Made by a program: the position numbers and the translations under genes. Below the pieces are notes generated by a model. It was not told where the DNA came from. It worked only from the letters and a program-made list of their open reading frames with translations, and did no database searches. DNA of 64,000 nucleotides from an uncultured Acidobacteriaceae bacterium (GTDB taxonomy: Bacteria; Acidobacteriota; Terriglobia; Bryobacterales; Bryobacteraceae), in assembly GCA_963730865.1 (NCBI GenBank), contig CAVSTO010000016.1, forward strand, positions 14,718 to 78,717. Direction: 5' to 3'. This document shows positions 8,793 to 17,484 of the stretch, in pieces; positions within the stretch are counted from its first letter, which is position 1; every line of letters begins with the position of its first letter.

Positions 8793-9722
8793 ATGCCACT
8801 TTGGCATAGAGCGATTCTTCCTTTCGGGCGGAAGACCGCGAAGCGCACAGAGCCGGTGGTTGCGTACACAACGGACCCGGCGCCAGAATTTTTATTCGAA
8901 CGGCGGCAAAAGCCTGCCGATTCAGGCGCGAAGACGCAGTACGTCCTTCGATCGAGTCCGCCGCCGGGTTTGGTTCGAGTATCGAAGAACCAACGGCTGA
9001 GTGGATGCCCGCCGGGAATGGGGCCTGTGTATGCAGATGTGAGTCATGGCATCGTGGAGTTCGCTGGAGTAGAAGGCTTCGAATCATCCATAGAGGTGCG
9101 GTCGAAGGCCGATGCCCCGGATGAGTGCGAAGCGCAGCAGATGCTGGATGCGGTCGCGATCAAATTTGACAAAGAGGGCCATCTGAGTTTGTTGAATGCT
9201 CCGCAGCGGAAAGAAGGGCACTGCCTGACTGAGTTTCTGGTCACGTGCCCGCGCGAGCGGGCAATCACGGTGCGAGGAGTTTACTCAACCGTGCGTTTGT
9301 CGGATTTGACCGGCGGAGCGGACATCGAGACGAGTCATGCCCGTATTACGCTGCTAAATGTTGGTCCTGCGGTGAATGCGCGAGTCGCAGAAGGGATTAT
9401 CGACTATTCGGGGCACGCGGGATGTGTGAAGTTAAATGCGGGTTGGGAAATTAATCTGAATTTCACAGGACCTGTGTTCGAGGGGAGTTTGGAAGCAACG
9501 TGCGAGGGGCCGCTGCGCGTGTTGCTGCCAGCGCATTTCGCGAGTTCATTCGGAGCGAGTGTGGCCAAAGAGGCTAGCTTCGTTTGCCGGGCGGATATCA
9601 CGACGCAAGTTTTACGGCGCGAAGATGGCGGACGCGTCATCTACACCTTCGGTGAAGGCAAGCCGGCCATTCGGCTGGTTTCAGTGAGGGGACCGATTGT
9701 GATGGACAATCTCCCAACCTAA
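8793..9722 (+). CDS. Hypothetical protein with a DUF4097-like beta-strand repeat region
   Basis: ORF 8646..9722. The C-terminal two thirds show repeated short-strand patterns (ITVRGVYSTVRLSDLTGGADIETSHARITLLNVGPAVNARVAEGIIDYSG...). The start is uncertain (ATG 8793 chosen) and no clear signal peptide is seen. Confidence 0.45.
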   Translation: MPLWHRAILPFGRKTAKRTEPVVAYTTDPAPEFLFERRQKPADSGAKTQYVLRSSPPPGLVRVSKNQRLSGCPPGMGPVYADVSHGIVEFAGVEGFESSIEVRSKADAPDECEAQQMLDAVAIKFDKEGHLSLLNAPQRKEGHCLTEFLVTCPRERAITVRGVYSTVRLSDLTGGADIETSHARITLLNVGPAVNARVAEGIIDYSGHAGCVKLNAGWEINLNFTGPVFEGSLEATCEGPLRVLLPAHFASSFGASVAKEASFVCRADITTQVLRREDGGRVIYTFGEGKPAIRLVSVRGPIVMDNLPT

Positions 9723-10189
9723 ACGTGCTTCTTCAGTAGCGCGATTTGACCGGCGTGATAAGCGGAATGCTGAATGACGCCATGCAGCAGGTGATAGAAG
9801 AGCTGTGGCTCGCGGGCTGGGGCACGGTCTTGTAGACGTTCTTCGGGGAACGCGAGGATAGCTCGCTCAAGCGTATGCACTTCAGATTCGAGGAATGACA
9901 ACGCTTCCGCCCAGGAGCTGGCGATAGGCGGCCAATCCTCCGCCGGAGATGGATCATGATCTTCGGTGGCGGATAAACGCTCGCGAGCAATTTTGAGCCA
10001 AGCCGTTATGTGTAGAACGATTTCCCAGATGGTGTGCGCATGCGGTAGAGCGCGATGGCGCGCGGCTGGTTCATCAATGTCGCTAACGAGTTCTTTCAGC
10101 GAGGGTCCGAGCCAAGAGGGACCGGCGTAAAAGCGGCGGAGTTGGTCTGCAATGCGGGTTGATTCCGTGGTGTTCTGTGGCGGCGGCAT
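9719..10189 (-). CDS. DinB-family protein
   Basis: C-terminal 157 aa of ORF 9719..10465 from ATG 10189: MPPPQNTTESTRIADQLRRFYAGPSWLGPSLKELV...TIWEIVLHITAW...HSAYHAGQIALLKK (DinB four-helix-bundle His pattern). The longer ORF would overlap the divergent TIR gene. Confidence 0.7.
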   Translation of the reverse strand: MPPPQNTTESTRIADQLRRFYAGPSWLGPSLKELVSDIDEPAARHRALPHAHTIWEIVLHITAWLKIARERLSATEDHDPSPAEDWPPIASSWAEALSFLESEVHTLERAILAFPEERLQDRAPAREPQLFYHLLHGVIQHSAYHAGQIALLKKHV

Positions 10190-10245
10190 GGTTGCTTTGT
10201 TCGGGCGTGAATTTCGTTTTATAGTATCGGTCACTGAGGAGAGAG

Positions 10246-11217
10246 ATGGCTGGACACATTTTCGTGAGCTATCGGAGTGAGGATAAAGACGCCGCTGAGC
10301 GGATTTGTTCAGGTCTGGAGCGCGCCGGGGTTCCGTGCTGGATCGCTCCGCGAGACATTCCGGCGGGCAGCGAATGGGCGACCGCCATTGTGGAAGCGAT
10401 TCAAAGCTGCCGCGCGTTTGTGATGGTGTTGTCCTCGAATTCGAAGAACGCAAAGCAGATTTCACGCGAAGCGGAATTGGCCGACCGGCAGGGTGTTCCG
10501 ATCATCACGTTTCGCGTTGAGGATGTTCAACCGCCGACGGGGCTGATGTATTTCCTGGGCAACGTTCAGTGGCTAGACGGGTTCGGCAGCCAGTTCGATT
10601 CAGCACTTGCGCAACTGGTGCGCCTAGCTTCCGCCGTCCCCCCTACGGCGAAACAGACTAGCACGGCGAGTGATGCGCCAAGCGCGGGAGATTTCCGTGC
10701 GGAGACAGCGAGGGGCTTCGCGGCTACTGCTTCCGCCCCTGCAAAAGAAGCGCCGACGGTGGTTGATGAAGGTTCGAAGAAGGTGGACGCGTCTGCAACT
10801 CCGTGGCTGAAGATAGGAATGATTGCAGCGCTGGGAGTGGCGGTGATTGCGGTGGGATGGTTGTTGCATCGTCCAAACGTGTCGCCGGGAGACGTGAACG
10901 AGGCGAGGTCGGTTGCCAAACGGTTTTTGAGCGAGCGAGATTCCGGCGATTTCGATGCGGCTTGGAACGAATACTCACCAGTATTTCGTGGAAGTGAAAA
11001 GAAAGCGGGGTGGGAGAAGAATATCCGCACGACGTTCGGTCCGCACGGGCAGCCGCAAACGGATTTCCAGGTTTGCAAGCATGACGGCGGCGGGTTTGTG
11101 TGTGAATACACGCTGAGATTTCCAGATGGCGCTACGGCCAATCAAAAGTTGTGGCTCGAGAAACAAGGCGATAGCTCATGGGCGATCGCGCGTGGCACGA
11201 TTACCCAGCCTCACTAG
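10246..11217 (+). CDS. TIR domain protein with a TM helix and a C-terminal DUF4019-like domain
   Basis: N-terminus HIFVSYRSEDKDAAERICSGLERAGVPCWIAPRDIPAGSEW...FVMVLSSNSKNAKQISREAELA is a bacterial TIR pattern including the conserved Glu. A low-complexity linker is followed by a TM segment (WLKIGMIAALGVAVIAVGWLL). The C-terminus (AKRFLSERDSGDFDAAWNEYSPVFRG...WAIARGTI) resembles DUF4019. Confidence 0.75.
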   Translation: MAGHIFVSYRSEDKDAAERICSGLERAGVPCWIAPRDIPAGSEWATAIVEAIQSCRAFVMVLSSNSKNAKQISREAELADRQGVPIITFRVEDVQPPTGLMYFLGNVQWLDGFGSQFDSALAQLVRLASAVPPTAKQTSTASDAPSAGDFRAETARGFAATASAPAKEAPTVVDEGSKKVDASATPWLKIGMIAALGVAVIAVGWLLHRPNVSPGDVNEARSVAKRFLSERDSGDFDAAWNEYSPVFRGSEKKAGWEKNIRTTFGPHGQPQTDFQVCKHDGGGFVCEYTLRFPDGATANQKLWLEKQGDSSWAIARGTITQPH

Positions 11218-11284
11218 AAACGTGTGCCTCCAATCGCTCCGCTCATGGCTCCGCATCAAGGCGCAGCGAGGGTGAACGCGCCAA

Positions 11285-13735
11285 TCACTCCGCGCGCAGG
11301 GCCTCCACAGGATCTACGGCGATGACGCGTCGGGCGGGGATGTAACTCGCGAGTAGGGCGGCAACGATAAGGCCTAGCGAGACGACGACGTAGGTGGACA
11401 GGTCCACGGCGTGGACGGCGAACAGCATGGAAGACATCAACCGCGTGAGAACAGCGGCCGCACTCAACCCGCAGACGATTCCAATGAGGGCCAACACGAG
11501 CCCGTGACGAACGAACATGCCGCTGACCTGTTGGCGCCGAGCGCCGAGCGCCATGCGAATACCGATTTCGCGGCGGCGCTGGGAGACCGAATAGGAGATG
11601 ACGCCGTAGATTCCCACGAGACCGAGGATGAGCGCCATGGCGGCCGCAATGGCGAGCATGACCAGGGTGAAGGAGGTTCTGGCCATGGACTTGTTGTAAA
11701 TCTCCTCCAGCGTGCGGACTTCCGCAAGCGGGGAGTTGTTGCTGACAGACCAAACGGCCTTGCGCACGTCAGTGAGAAAGGCGATGGAGCCGGTGCGTGG
11801 GCTGTGAACCGCAAAGGTCATGGTGCGTTCAAGGAATATCTGATTGCCCCAAAAGTTCTTCATCATGAATGGCCAGTACACAACTGACGATGCCTTCGTC
11901 TGGACGCCGTCGTCGTATTCATTGGCGACGACACCGACGATTTCGCGCCAATCGTCTTTCATCCCTTCACGCACGCGCTTGCCGATGGCGGCTGACGGAT
12001 CGTGCCAGTACTCCCGAGCGAGGTTTTCGGAGACAATCACGACGGGGCGAAAGCCGTAAATATCAGTCCAGGTGAGGTCACGACCGGCAAGGAAGCGGCG
12101 GCCGACGGTGTGGAAGTAATCGGGAGCGATGAATTTAAAGCGGCGAATGGGTGGAATCTTTCCTTCGGCGATGGGATGGTCCTGAATGAAAAGGAGATCG
12201 CTGCTGTTGTTGCCGTCCATGGTGATGGAATTTGTCATGCTGACGGACTGGACGCCGGGAATAGCCGCGAGGTTCGTCAGAATATTGTTGTCCATGTGAG
12301 CCGCGAGTTCGGACTGCTTGACTTGCGCTTCAGGAATGGAGACGCGCAACGTTTGGATCTGCTGGGGTTGAGTGAATCCCGGGTCAACGCGGCGCAGAGC
12401 TTGAAACGTGCGGATCATCAGACCGGAGCTGATGAGCAATACGAGAGCGAGGGCGATCTGCACGACAACGAGCAAGTTGCGCGCTTTATGCTGTTCGCGT
12501 CCTCCGCTGACGGAACGGCTGCTTTCGCGCATCCCCGTGCCGGGTTGCACGCCTGCATATTTGAAGACCGGCAGAATTCCAAATAGTGCACCGGCAAACA
12601 GGGAAACCAAGAGAGTGAATAGCAGCGCCGATGGGTCAATGGCGATTTCCTGGAGACGTGGAAGGCCGGCGGGAGCAATGGCAACGAGAAGACGCAAGGC
12701 TCCGTAGGCGATTCCCAGGCCAAGCACGCCACCGATGATTCCGAGCGAAATACTTTCAAAGAATAGTTCGCGGGCAATGTCTCCGCGGCCGGCACCGAGA
12801 GCGACGCGTATGGAGAGTTCATGCTGGCGTCCTTCGGCGCGCACGAGCAGGAGATTCGCGACATTCGCGCAAGCAATGAGGAGCACGACCGCGATGGTGC
12901 CCATGAGGACCCAAAGGACGCTGCCGATATCGCCCACGACGTCAGTCATGAACGGCTGCACCTTGGGACCGAGGCCGGCATCTGCGAAGATTTGCGCGCT
13001 GAAACCCGGAGGCGGCGGAAATGTCTTCAGCCAAATGGGAATCATGCGAGCGACGTCGGCGTTGGCTTGCGCGAGAGTGACACCTGGTTTTAAGCGCGCG
13101 ATGCCTTGATAACTAAAGTTGCCGAGGAAGACTTTGCTGCGATTCCACTGCATGGGCATGACGAGCGCGGGTTCCGGATTGGCGTACCAAAAGCGCGGGG
13201 GAAGGACGCCGATTACCTCATGCGCTTCTCCGTCGACCAGGATGCGGCGCCCGAGCACGGAAGGCCTGCCGCCGAAGTGCTTTTGCCAATAGGCGTAAGA
13301 GAGGATAGCGGTGGCTGGGCTGCCGTCGGTGTCATCCTGACGCGTAAATAGGCGTCCAATGGCGGGTTTCATCCGGAGGATGGGAAGAACGCTTTGCGTG
13401 ACGTACAGGCTTTGCACTTGATCGGGCTCGCCGCTTTGCGTGATGCTGACGGAGCCGCCGGTATAAGCGCCAACATCCTCGAACGCATGGCCCTGCTCGC
13501 GGTACGTGAAGTAGAGGGAGGGGCAAATGTTTACTTCCTTCAGCGTGAGGTGGCTGGCCGTGTGCCACAGGCCGACGAGACGGTCGGGCTGTGAATAAGG
13601 AAGAGGTTTCAGCAGAATGCCATTCACCACGCTGAAGATGGCCGTGTTTGCGCCGATGCCGATGGCGAGGGTAATGAGAATGACGACCGTAAAAACCGGC
13701 GACTGAAACAAGCGGCGAAAGAGGTATTTGTTCAT
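11285..13735 (-). CDS. ADOP-type duplicated ABC permease (two MacB-periplasmic/FtsX modules)
   Basis: ORF 11285..13759. ATG 13735 is preceded by GAAGGAAG. It has the N-terminal TM (FTVVILITLAIGIGANTAIFSVVNGILLKPLPY) and two FtsX modules (...RQHELSIRVALGAGRGDIAREL... and ...RRREIGIRMALGARRQQVSGMF...VDPVEALRAE). Confidence 0.9.
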   Translation of the reverse strand: MNKYLFRRLFQSPVFTVVILITLAIGIGANTAIFSVVNGILLKPLPYSQPDRLVGLWHTASHLTLKEVNICPSLYFTYREQGHAFEDVGAYTGGSVSITQSGEPDQVQSLYVTQSVLPILRMKPAIGRLFTRQDDTDGSPATAILSYAYWQKHFGGRPSVLGRRILVDGEAHEVIGVLPPRFWYANPEPALVMPMQWNRSKVFLGNFSYQGIARLKPGVTLAQANADVARMIPIWLKTFPPPPGFSAQIFADAGLGPKVQPFMTDVVGDIGSVLWVLMGTIAVVLLIACANVANLLLVRAEGRQHELSIRVALGAGRGDIARELFFESISLGIIGGVLGLGIAYGALRLLVAIAPAGLPRLQEIAIDPSALLFTLLVSLFAGALFGILPVFKYAGVQPGTGMRESSRSVSGGREQHKARNLLVVVQIALALVLLISSGLMIRTFQALRRVDPGFTQPQQIQTLRVSIPEAQVKQSELAAHMDNNILTNLAAIPGVQSVSMTNSITMDGNNSSDLLFIQDHPIAEGKIPPIRRFKFIAPDYFHTVGRRFLAGRDLTWTDIYGFRPVVIVSENLAREYWHDPSAAIGKRVREGMKDDWREIVGVVANEYDDGVQTKASSVVYWPFMMKNFWGNQIFLERTMTFAVHSPRTGSIAFLTDVRKAVWSVSNNSPLAEVRTLEEIYNKSMARTSFTLVMLAIAAAMALILGLVGIYGVISYSVSQRRREIGIRMALGARRQQVSGMFVRHGLVLALIGIVCGLSAAAVLTRLMSSMLFAVHAVDLSTYVVVSLGLIVAALLASYIPARRVIAVDPVEALRAE

Positions 13736-13872
13736 GCTTCCTTCTAAGTAACGGGCCAACTAAACATTACGTTAGAGCGGGAATGAAAGTTTGATGTTTT
13801 TTCAACAGTTTTATGCGCCGCGCTACACTATCGTTTCTTTCGAAGGCTCTTTTCGATAGCAGGTGACCCGAT

Positions 13873-14499
13873 TTGCAAGTGGATACAGCATACTTACGGC
13901 AGCACTACGCGACGCTTTCAGACGAAGCGCTGCAAGAGATTGAGCGCGGCGAGCTTGTTGACGCCGCCAGGCGATGCTATGACGACGAACTGCGAAGCCG
14001 AGGACTCGATTCCAGCGCGAGTCGCGATCGCTTGGAGGTTCGCGCGACCGGCGCTCAGAAAGCATCAGGCGAAGAAGAAAAACCCGATTGGTTGGACGAA
14101 GGCGCTGAAGTATATTCGTCCACCGTACTCCCGGGAGCGAGCACGGGTGCGCAAGAGGCCGCGGACGCCGCCGATGCATTGAGGAGCGCAGGCATTCCGT
14201 GCTACCTGGAAATGTGCGAATTGCCGCGAGAAGAAGAGAGCGCTTTTGCGGCAGCAACGCACCGCTGGCGGCTGGTGGTACCAGGAAAGCTGAATCTTCG
14301 CGCGACCAGCGTTTTGGATGAAGAGATCTTTAATCCGGAGTTAGAGGCTCAATGGAGGGCGCACCTGGAGGGTCTGTCGGATAGCGAGTTCCGCGAAATG
14401 AATCCGGAGGCCGTATACTCGGGCCTATTTGACAGGATAGAGCGAATTACCGAAGTATACGAGGCAGAGGCGCTGCGCCGGGGACTGGCCTCGCGATAA
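13873..14499 (+). CDS. Hypothetical protein
   Basis: 208-aa ORF (TTG start in the track) with coding-like acidic/helical composition. No family recognised with confidence. Confidence 0.45.
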   Translation: MQVDTAYLRQHYATLSDEALQEIERGELVDAARRCYDDELRSRGLDSSASRDRLEVRATGAQKASGEEEKPDWLDEGAEVYSSTVLPGASTGAQEAADAADALRSAGIPCYLEMCELPREEESAFAAATHRWRLVVPGKLNLRATSVLDEEIFNPELEAQWRAHLEGLSDSEFREMNPEAVYSGLFDRIERITEVYEAEALRRGLASR

Positions 14500-14571
14500 A
14501 TGCTTTTACGGGATAGCCGTTGCAGGATGGCGATGGAACCCGGCTCTACACTAGACGCGTATCAGTTGGCA

Positions 14572-15516
14572 ATGAGTTTTCGCTTCTGCTTCCTTGCTAT
14601 CGGCCTCTCTTTTTCGGGGGTTTGTAGCGGCCAGCAAAACCCTGAGCTCTTTCGGTCGGAGGTCAACCTCGTCAATATCAGCGCGGTGGTTCGATCGGAT
14701 GACGGAAGGCTCATCCGAAACCTCGAGAAGGATGATTTCCAGGTCATCGAGGACGGTGTTCCTCAAGAAATCCGCTTCTTCGCCCGGGAGGCCCATTTAC
14801 CGCTGAGCCTGGGCCTTGTCGTGGATGCAAGTGAAAGCCAGAACAAGTTTCTGAAACAGCATTACCGGGATGTCGCGGCGTTTCTAAAGACTGTGCTCCA
14901 GCCATCCGACCGGGCATTCGCGATCTGCTTTGGCAATCACTTGCGCATGGTGAGTGATGCGACATCATCTGGCCCGGTGATTTTGAATGGCTTGGAAAGC
15001 TTTCGGAAGGGGGATCGGAAGTTTCCCGAGATCGGTCCGGATGAAAATCGCGATTTGGGGACCGCTCTTTACGACGCTATCTACTTCTCCATAACGGAAA
15101 AGCTTAGGGAGGCCGGCGAACGGCGGCGGGCTCTGATCGTCTTCAGCGACGGCGAAGAAAACTCTAACGAACACGACCTGCTTGATGCGATCGAAGCGGC
15201 GCAGAACACAGACACACTGGTCTATTGCATCCGATACACAGAAAGAGCGCATGGAAAACTGACCGCAAGGAATAGGTACGGTATACGGGTCATGCAGCAC
15301 ATTGCGAGCCTCAGCGGGGGCGCGGATTTTGACGCACTTACGACCAGTCTTGATACAGTTTTCGCGCAGATCAGCGATGAGCTTCGCGCGGCCTACCAAA
15401 TCGGATACATCTCGAATAGTTCCCGCGCGCATGACGGCTCATTCCGAAAGTTGATCGTAAATTGCAAACGGCCGGGTGCGATCGTTCGATCGAAGAGTGG
15501 CTACTACGCGCGATAG
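14572..15516 (+). CDS. VWA-domain protein (VWFA-related acidobacterial domain type)
   Basis: ATG 14572 gives the signal peptide MSFRFCFLAIGLSFSGVCSGQ. This is followed by FRSEVNLVNISAVVRSDDGRLIRNLEKDDFQVIEDGVPQEI and the MIDAS-like LGLVVDASESQ. The longer ORF starts at 14500. Confidence 0.8.
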   Translation: MSFRFCFLAIGLSFSGVCSGQQNPELFRSEVNLVNISAVVRSDDGRLIRNLEKDDFQVIEDGVPQEIRFFAREAHLPLSLGLVVDASESQNKFLKQHYRDVAAFLKTVLQPSDRAFAICFGNHLRMVSDATSSGPVILNGLESFRKGDRKFPEIGPDENRDLGTALYDAIYFSITEKLREAGERRRALIVFSDGEENSNEHDLLDAIEAAQNTDTLVYCIRYTERAHGKLTARNRYGIRVMQHIASLSGGADFDALTTSLDTVFAQISDELRAAYQIGYISNSSRAHDGSFRKLIVNCKRPGAIVRSKSGYYAR

Positions 15517-15568
15517 GCGCCCAGAATTAAGCGCCGCGAGTAAATGATGTTAGGCTAACGGTAATTTC

Positions 15569-17011
15569 ATGAGCCTCTTTGCCACGAAATCCATCCAGAC
15601 ACTGCTCGCGGAAGCCGAAGGTGACAAAAGCCTGAAGCGCAGTCTGAGCGCCATGTCGCTGGTCGCGCTCGGAATCGGGGCTATTATCGGCGCCGGGATC
15701 TTCACTCTAACCGGAGTGGCGGCCGCGACCCACGCGGGTCCGGCTCTGACCTTTTCGTTCATCGTGGCGGCGATTGGTTGTGCCTTTGCGGGTCTTTGCT
15801 ACAGCGAATTCTCCACGATGATACCGATCGCGGGGAGCGCCTACACGTACTCCTACGCTACTCTGGGCGAGCTGGTTGCTTGGATTATCGGGTGGGCGTT
15901 GGTGCTGGAGTATGCGGTAGGCGCGGCTACTGTGTCGGTGAGTTGGGCGGCGACATTCGTTTCGATTGTGAATTCATTCGGGATCAATTTGCCGCAGGCG
16001 ATTATTGCTTCGCCCTTCGATGTTCAGCCGGGCAAAGTCAATTTGATCGCAGTGTTGATTCTGTGCGTAGTCTCAGCCATTCTCATTCGAGGGATCAGCG
16101 AATCGGCGAAGTTCAACGACTTCATTGTGGTCCTGAAGGTTGCGGTGGTCATATTCTTCATCGGGATCGGCTACTTCTATATCAATCGCGCCAACTACCA
16201 TCCCTTCCTGCCGCGGAACACCGGCGAGTTCGGAGCCTTTGGCTGGAGCGGGGTGCTGGCCGGGGCCGGGCAGATCTTTTTCGCTTACATTGGCTTCGAT
16301 GCCGTTTCGACGGCAGCGCAGGAGGCCAAGAATCCAAAGCGTGATATGCCGATCGGCATCATCGGTTCGCTGGCCATCTGCACGGTGCTCTACATCCTCT
16401 ATGGCCTGGTTCTGACGGGCGTGGTGAATTACAAGGAACTGAACGTGGCCGCGCCGCTGGCGGTGGCGGTGGACCGGATGAAGGGTCTGCCGTGGGTGGG
16501 GTTCCTGATGAAACTGGGATCACTTTGCGGATTGACGTCGGTGATGTTGGTGATGCTGCTGGGGCAGTCGCGAGTGTTCTACTCAATGTCGAATGACAGA
16601 CTGCTACCGAAACTGTTTTCCGACGTGCATCCGCGTTTTCGGACGCCCTGGAAATCGAATCTACTGTTGCTGCTATTTGTCTCGTTGGGCGCAGCATTCA
16701 CTCCCATCGCGCGGCTTGGAAATCTGACCAGCATCGGAACTCTGTTTGCTTTTGTGGTGGTCTGTATTGCGGTTGTGATCATGCGGAAGAAGGAGCCGGC
16801 TCTGCCGCGGCCGTTCAAAACGCCGTGGGTGCCGGTGGTTCCTATTCTGGGTGTGCTGGTGAATTTGGGGCTTATGGCAGGGTTGGGGGCTATCACCTGG
16901 GTAGCGTTCCTGATCTGGATGGTAGTTGGGCTGTCGATCTATTTCACTTACAGCCGCTATACCAGCCTGGTGCAGGCAGCGGAGCGCAGGCAAAGGCAGG
17001 CGATCAGATAA
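15569..17011 (+). CDS. APC-superfamily amino acid permease (cationic amino-acid transporter-like)
   Basis: 480-aa polytopic ORF. LKRSLSAMSLVALGIGAIIGAGIFTLTG...CYSEFSTMIPIAGSAYTYSY is the classic amino-acid permease signature region. Confidence 0.9.
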   Translation: MSLFATKSIQTLLAEAEGDKSLKRSLSAMSLVALGIGAIIGAGIFTLTGVAAATHAGPALTFSFIVAAIGCAFAGLCYSEFSTMIPIAGSAYTYSYATLGELVAWIIGWALVLEYAVGAATVSVSWAATFVSIVNSFGINLPQAIIASPFDVQPGKVNLIAVLILCVVSAILIRGISESAKFNDFIVVLKVAVVIFFIGIGYFYINRANYHPFLPRNTGEFGAFGWSGVLAGAGQIFFAYIGFDAVSTAAQEAKNPKRDMPIGIIGSLAICTVLYILYGLVLTGVVNYKELNVAAPLAVAVDRMKGLPWVGFLMKLGSLCGLTSVMLVMLLGQSRVFYSMSNDRLLPKLFSDVHPRFRTPWKSNLLLLLFVSLGAAFTPIARLGNLTSIGTLFAFVVVCIAVVIMRKKEPALPRPFKTPWVPVVPILGVLVNLGLMAGLGAITWVAFLIWMVVGLSIYFTYSRYTSLVQAAERRQRQAIR

Positions 17012-17440
17012 GTTCGCGAAATTTATCATAGACGAGTTTTGCCGCCGCAACATCTTCTACGGCCATACCTACCGACTTGAAAACCACAGGGCGATCCCCG
17101 CGAAGGCGTTTTCATGTTCATGACAGGCGCTTTCGGTTCCATCTCGTGACTCCGCGCCGCGCATAAAGAATACCTGGCGCGGAGCATTATGTCCAAGATC
17201 TTCATAGCGCGTATCGTTGACTGCGCCGACGATTTCCATATCAGCCTGAGTGCCAGGGTCACCGCCGCGGCCGATGCGGAGTTCGGCTTCCAACCCTCGA
17301 TACAAAAAGGTCATGGAGATCGCCAGTAAGTACCCGGCCGCCGGACAAGCGCAGGTTGCTCGTAAAAGACCGCGCGATTGGGCGCGTGGTTGCGCAGGCG
17401 ATCGCAATCGGGGGACCATAGACCGTTCTCTCTGTCCTTG
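17005..17440 (-). pseudogene. Ornithine cyclodeaminase/mu-crystallin family gene remnant (C-terminal ~45% only, frameshifted)
   Basis: The minus-strand translation ends ..GDRPVVFKSVGMAVEDVAAAKLVYDKFRELI* (stop 17005-17007). Upstream, in another frame, is ..LLAISMT..GDPGTQADMEIVGAVNDTRYEDL..QVFFMRGAES..ENAFAG. The frames join at a C-run (17096-17099). There is no N-terminal half; padR on the other strand occupies that space. Confidence 0.6.
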
Positions 17441-17484
17441 ACATCTTAGGAGAGCAAAGGTAAGCTTCCCTAAGATGTCAAGGA
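17435..17484. promoter_or_regulatory. Perfect 16-bp inverted repeat spanning the padR start codon (candidate PadR operator or start-codon-sequestering hairpin)
   Basis: Left arm TCCTTGACATCTTAGG (17435-17450), 18-nt spacer, right arm CCTAAGATGTCAAGGA (17469-17484). The right arm contains the padR ATG (17475). The left arm contains TTGACA. Confidence 0.5.

Noticed and set aside
8970-8983. The 14-mer TTGGTTCGAGTATC is repeated at 8970-8983 and 30080-30093 and contains a GGTTCGA T-loop-like string.
   Set aside because: The repeat length is at chance level. One copy is inside a coding region. No acceptor stem or anticodon arm can be drawn, so it is not a tRNA or a repeat family.
10190-10465. The longer 248-aa version of the DinB ORF.
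   Set aside because: The extra 92 N-terminal residues are Ser/Arg/Pro-rich and overlap the well-supported divergent TIR gene. The DinB domain begins right after ATG 10189.
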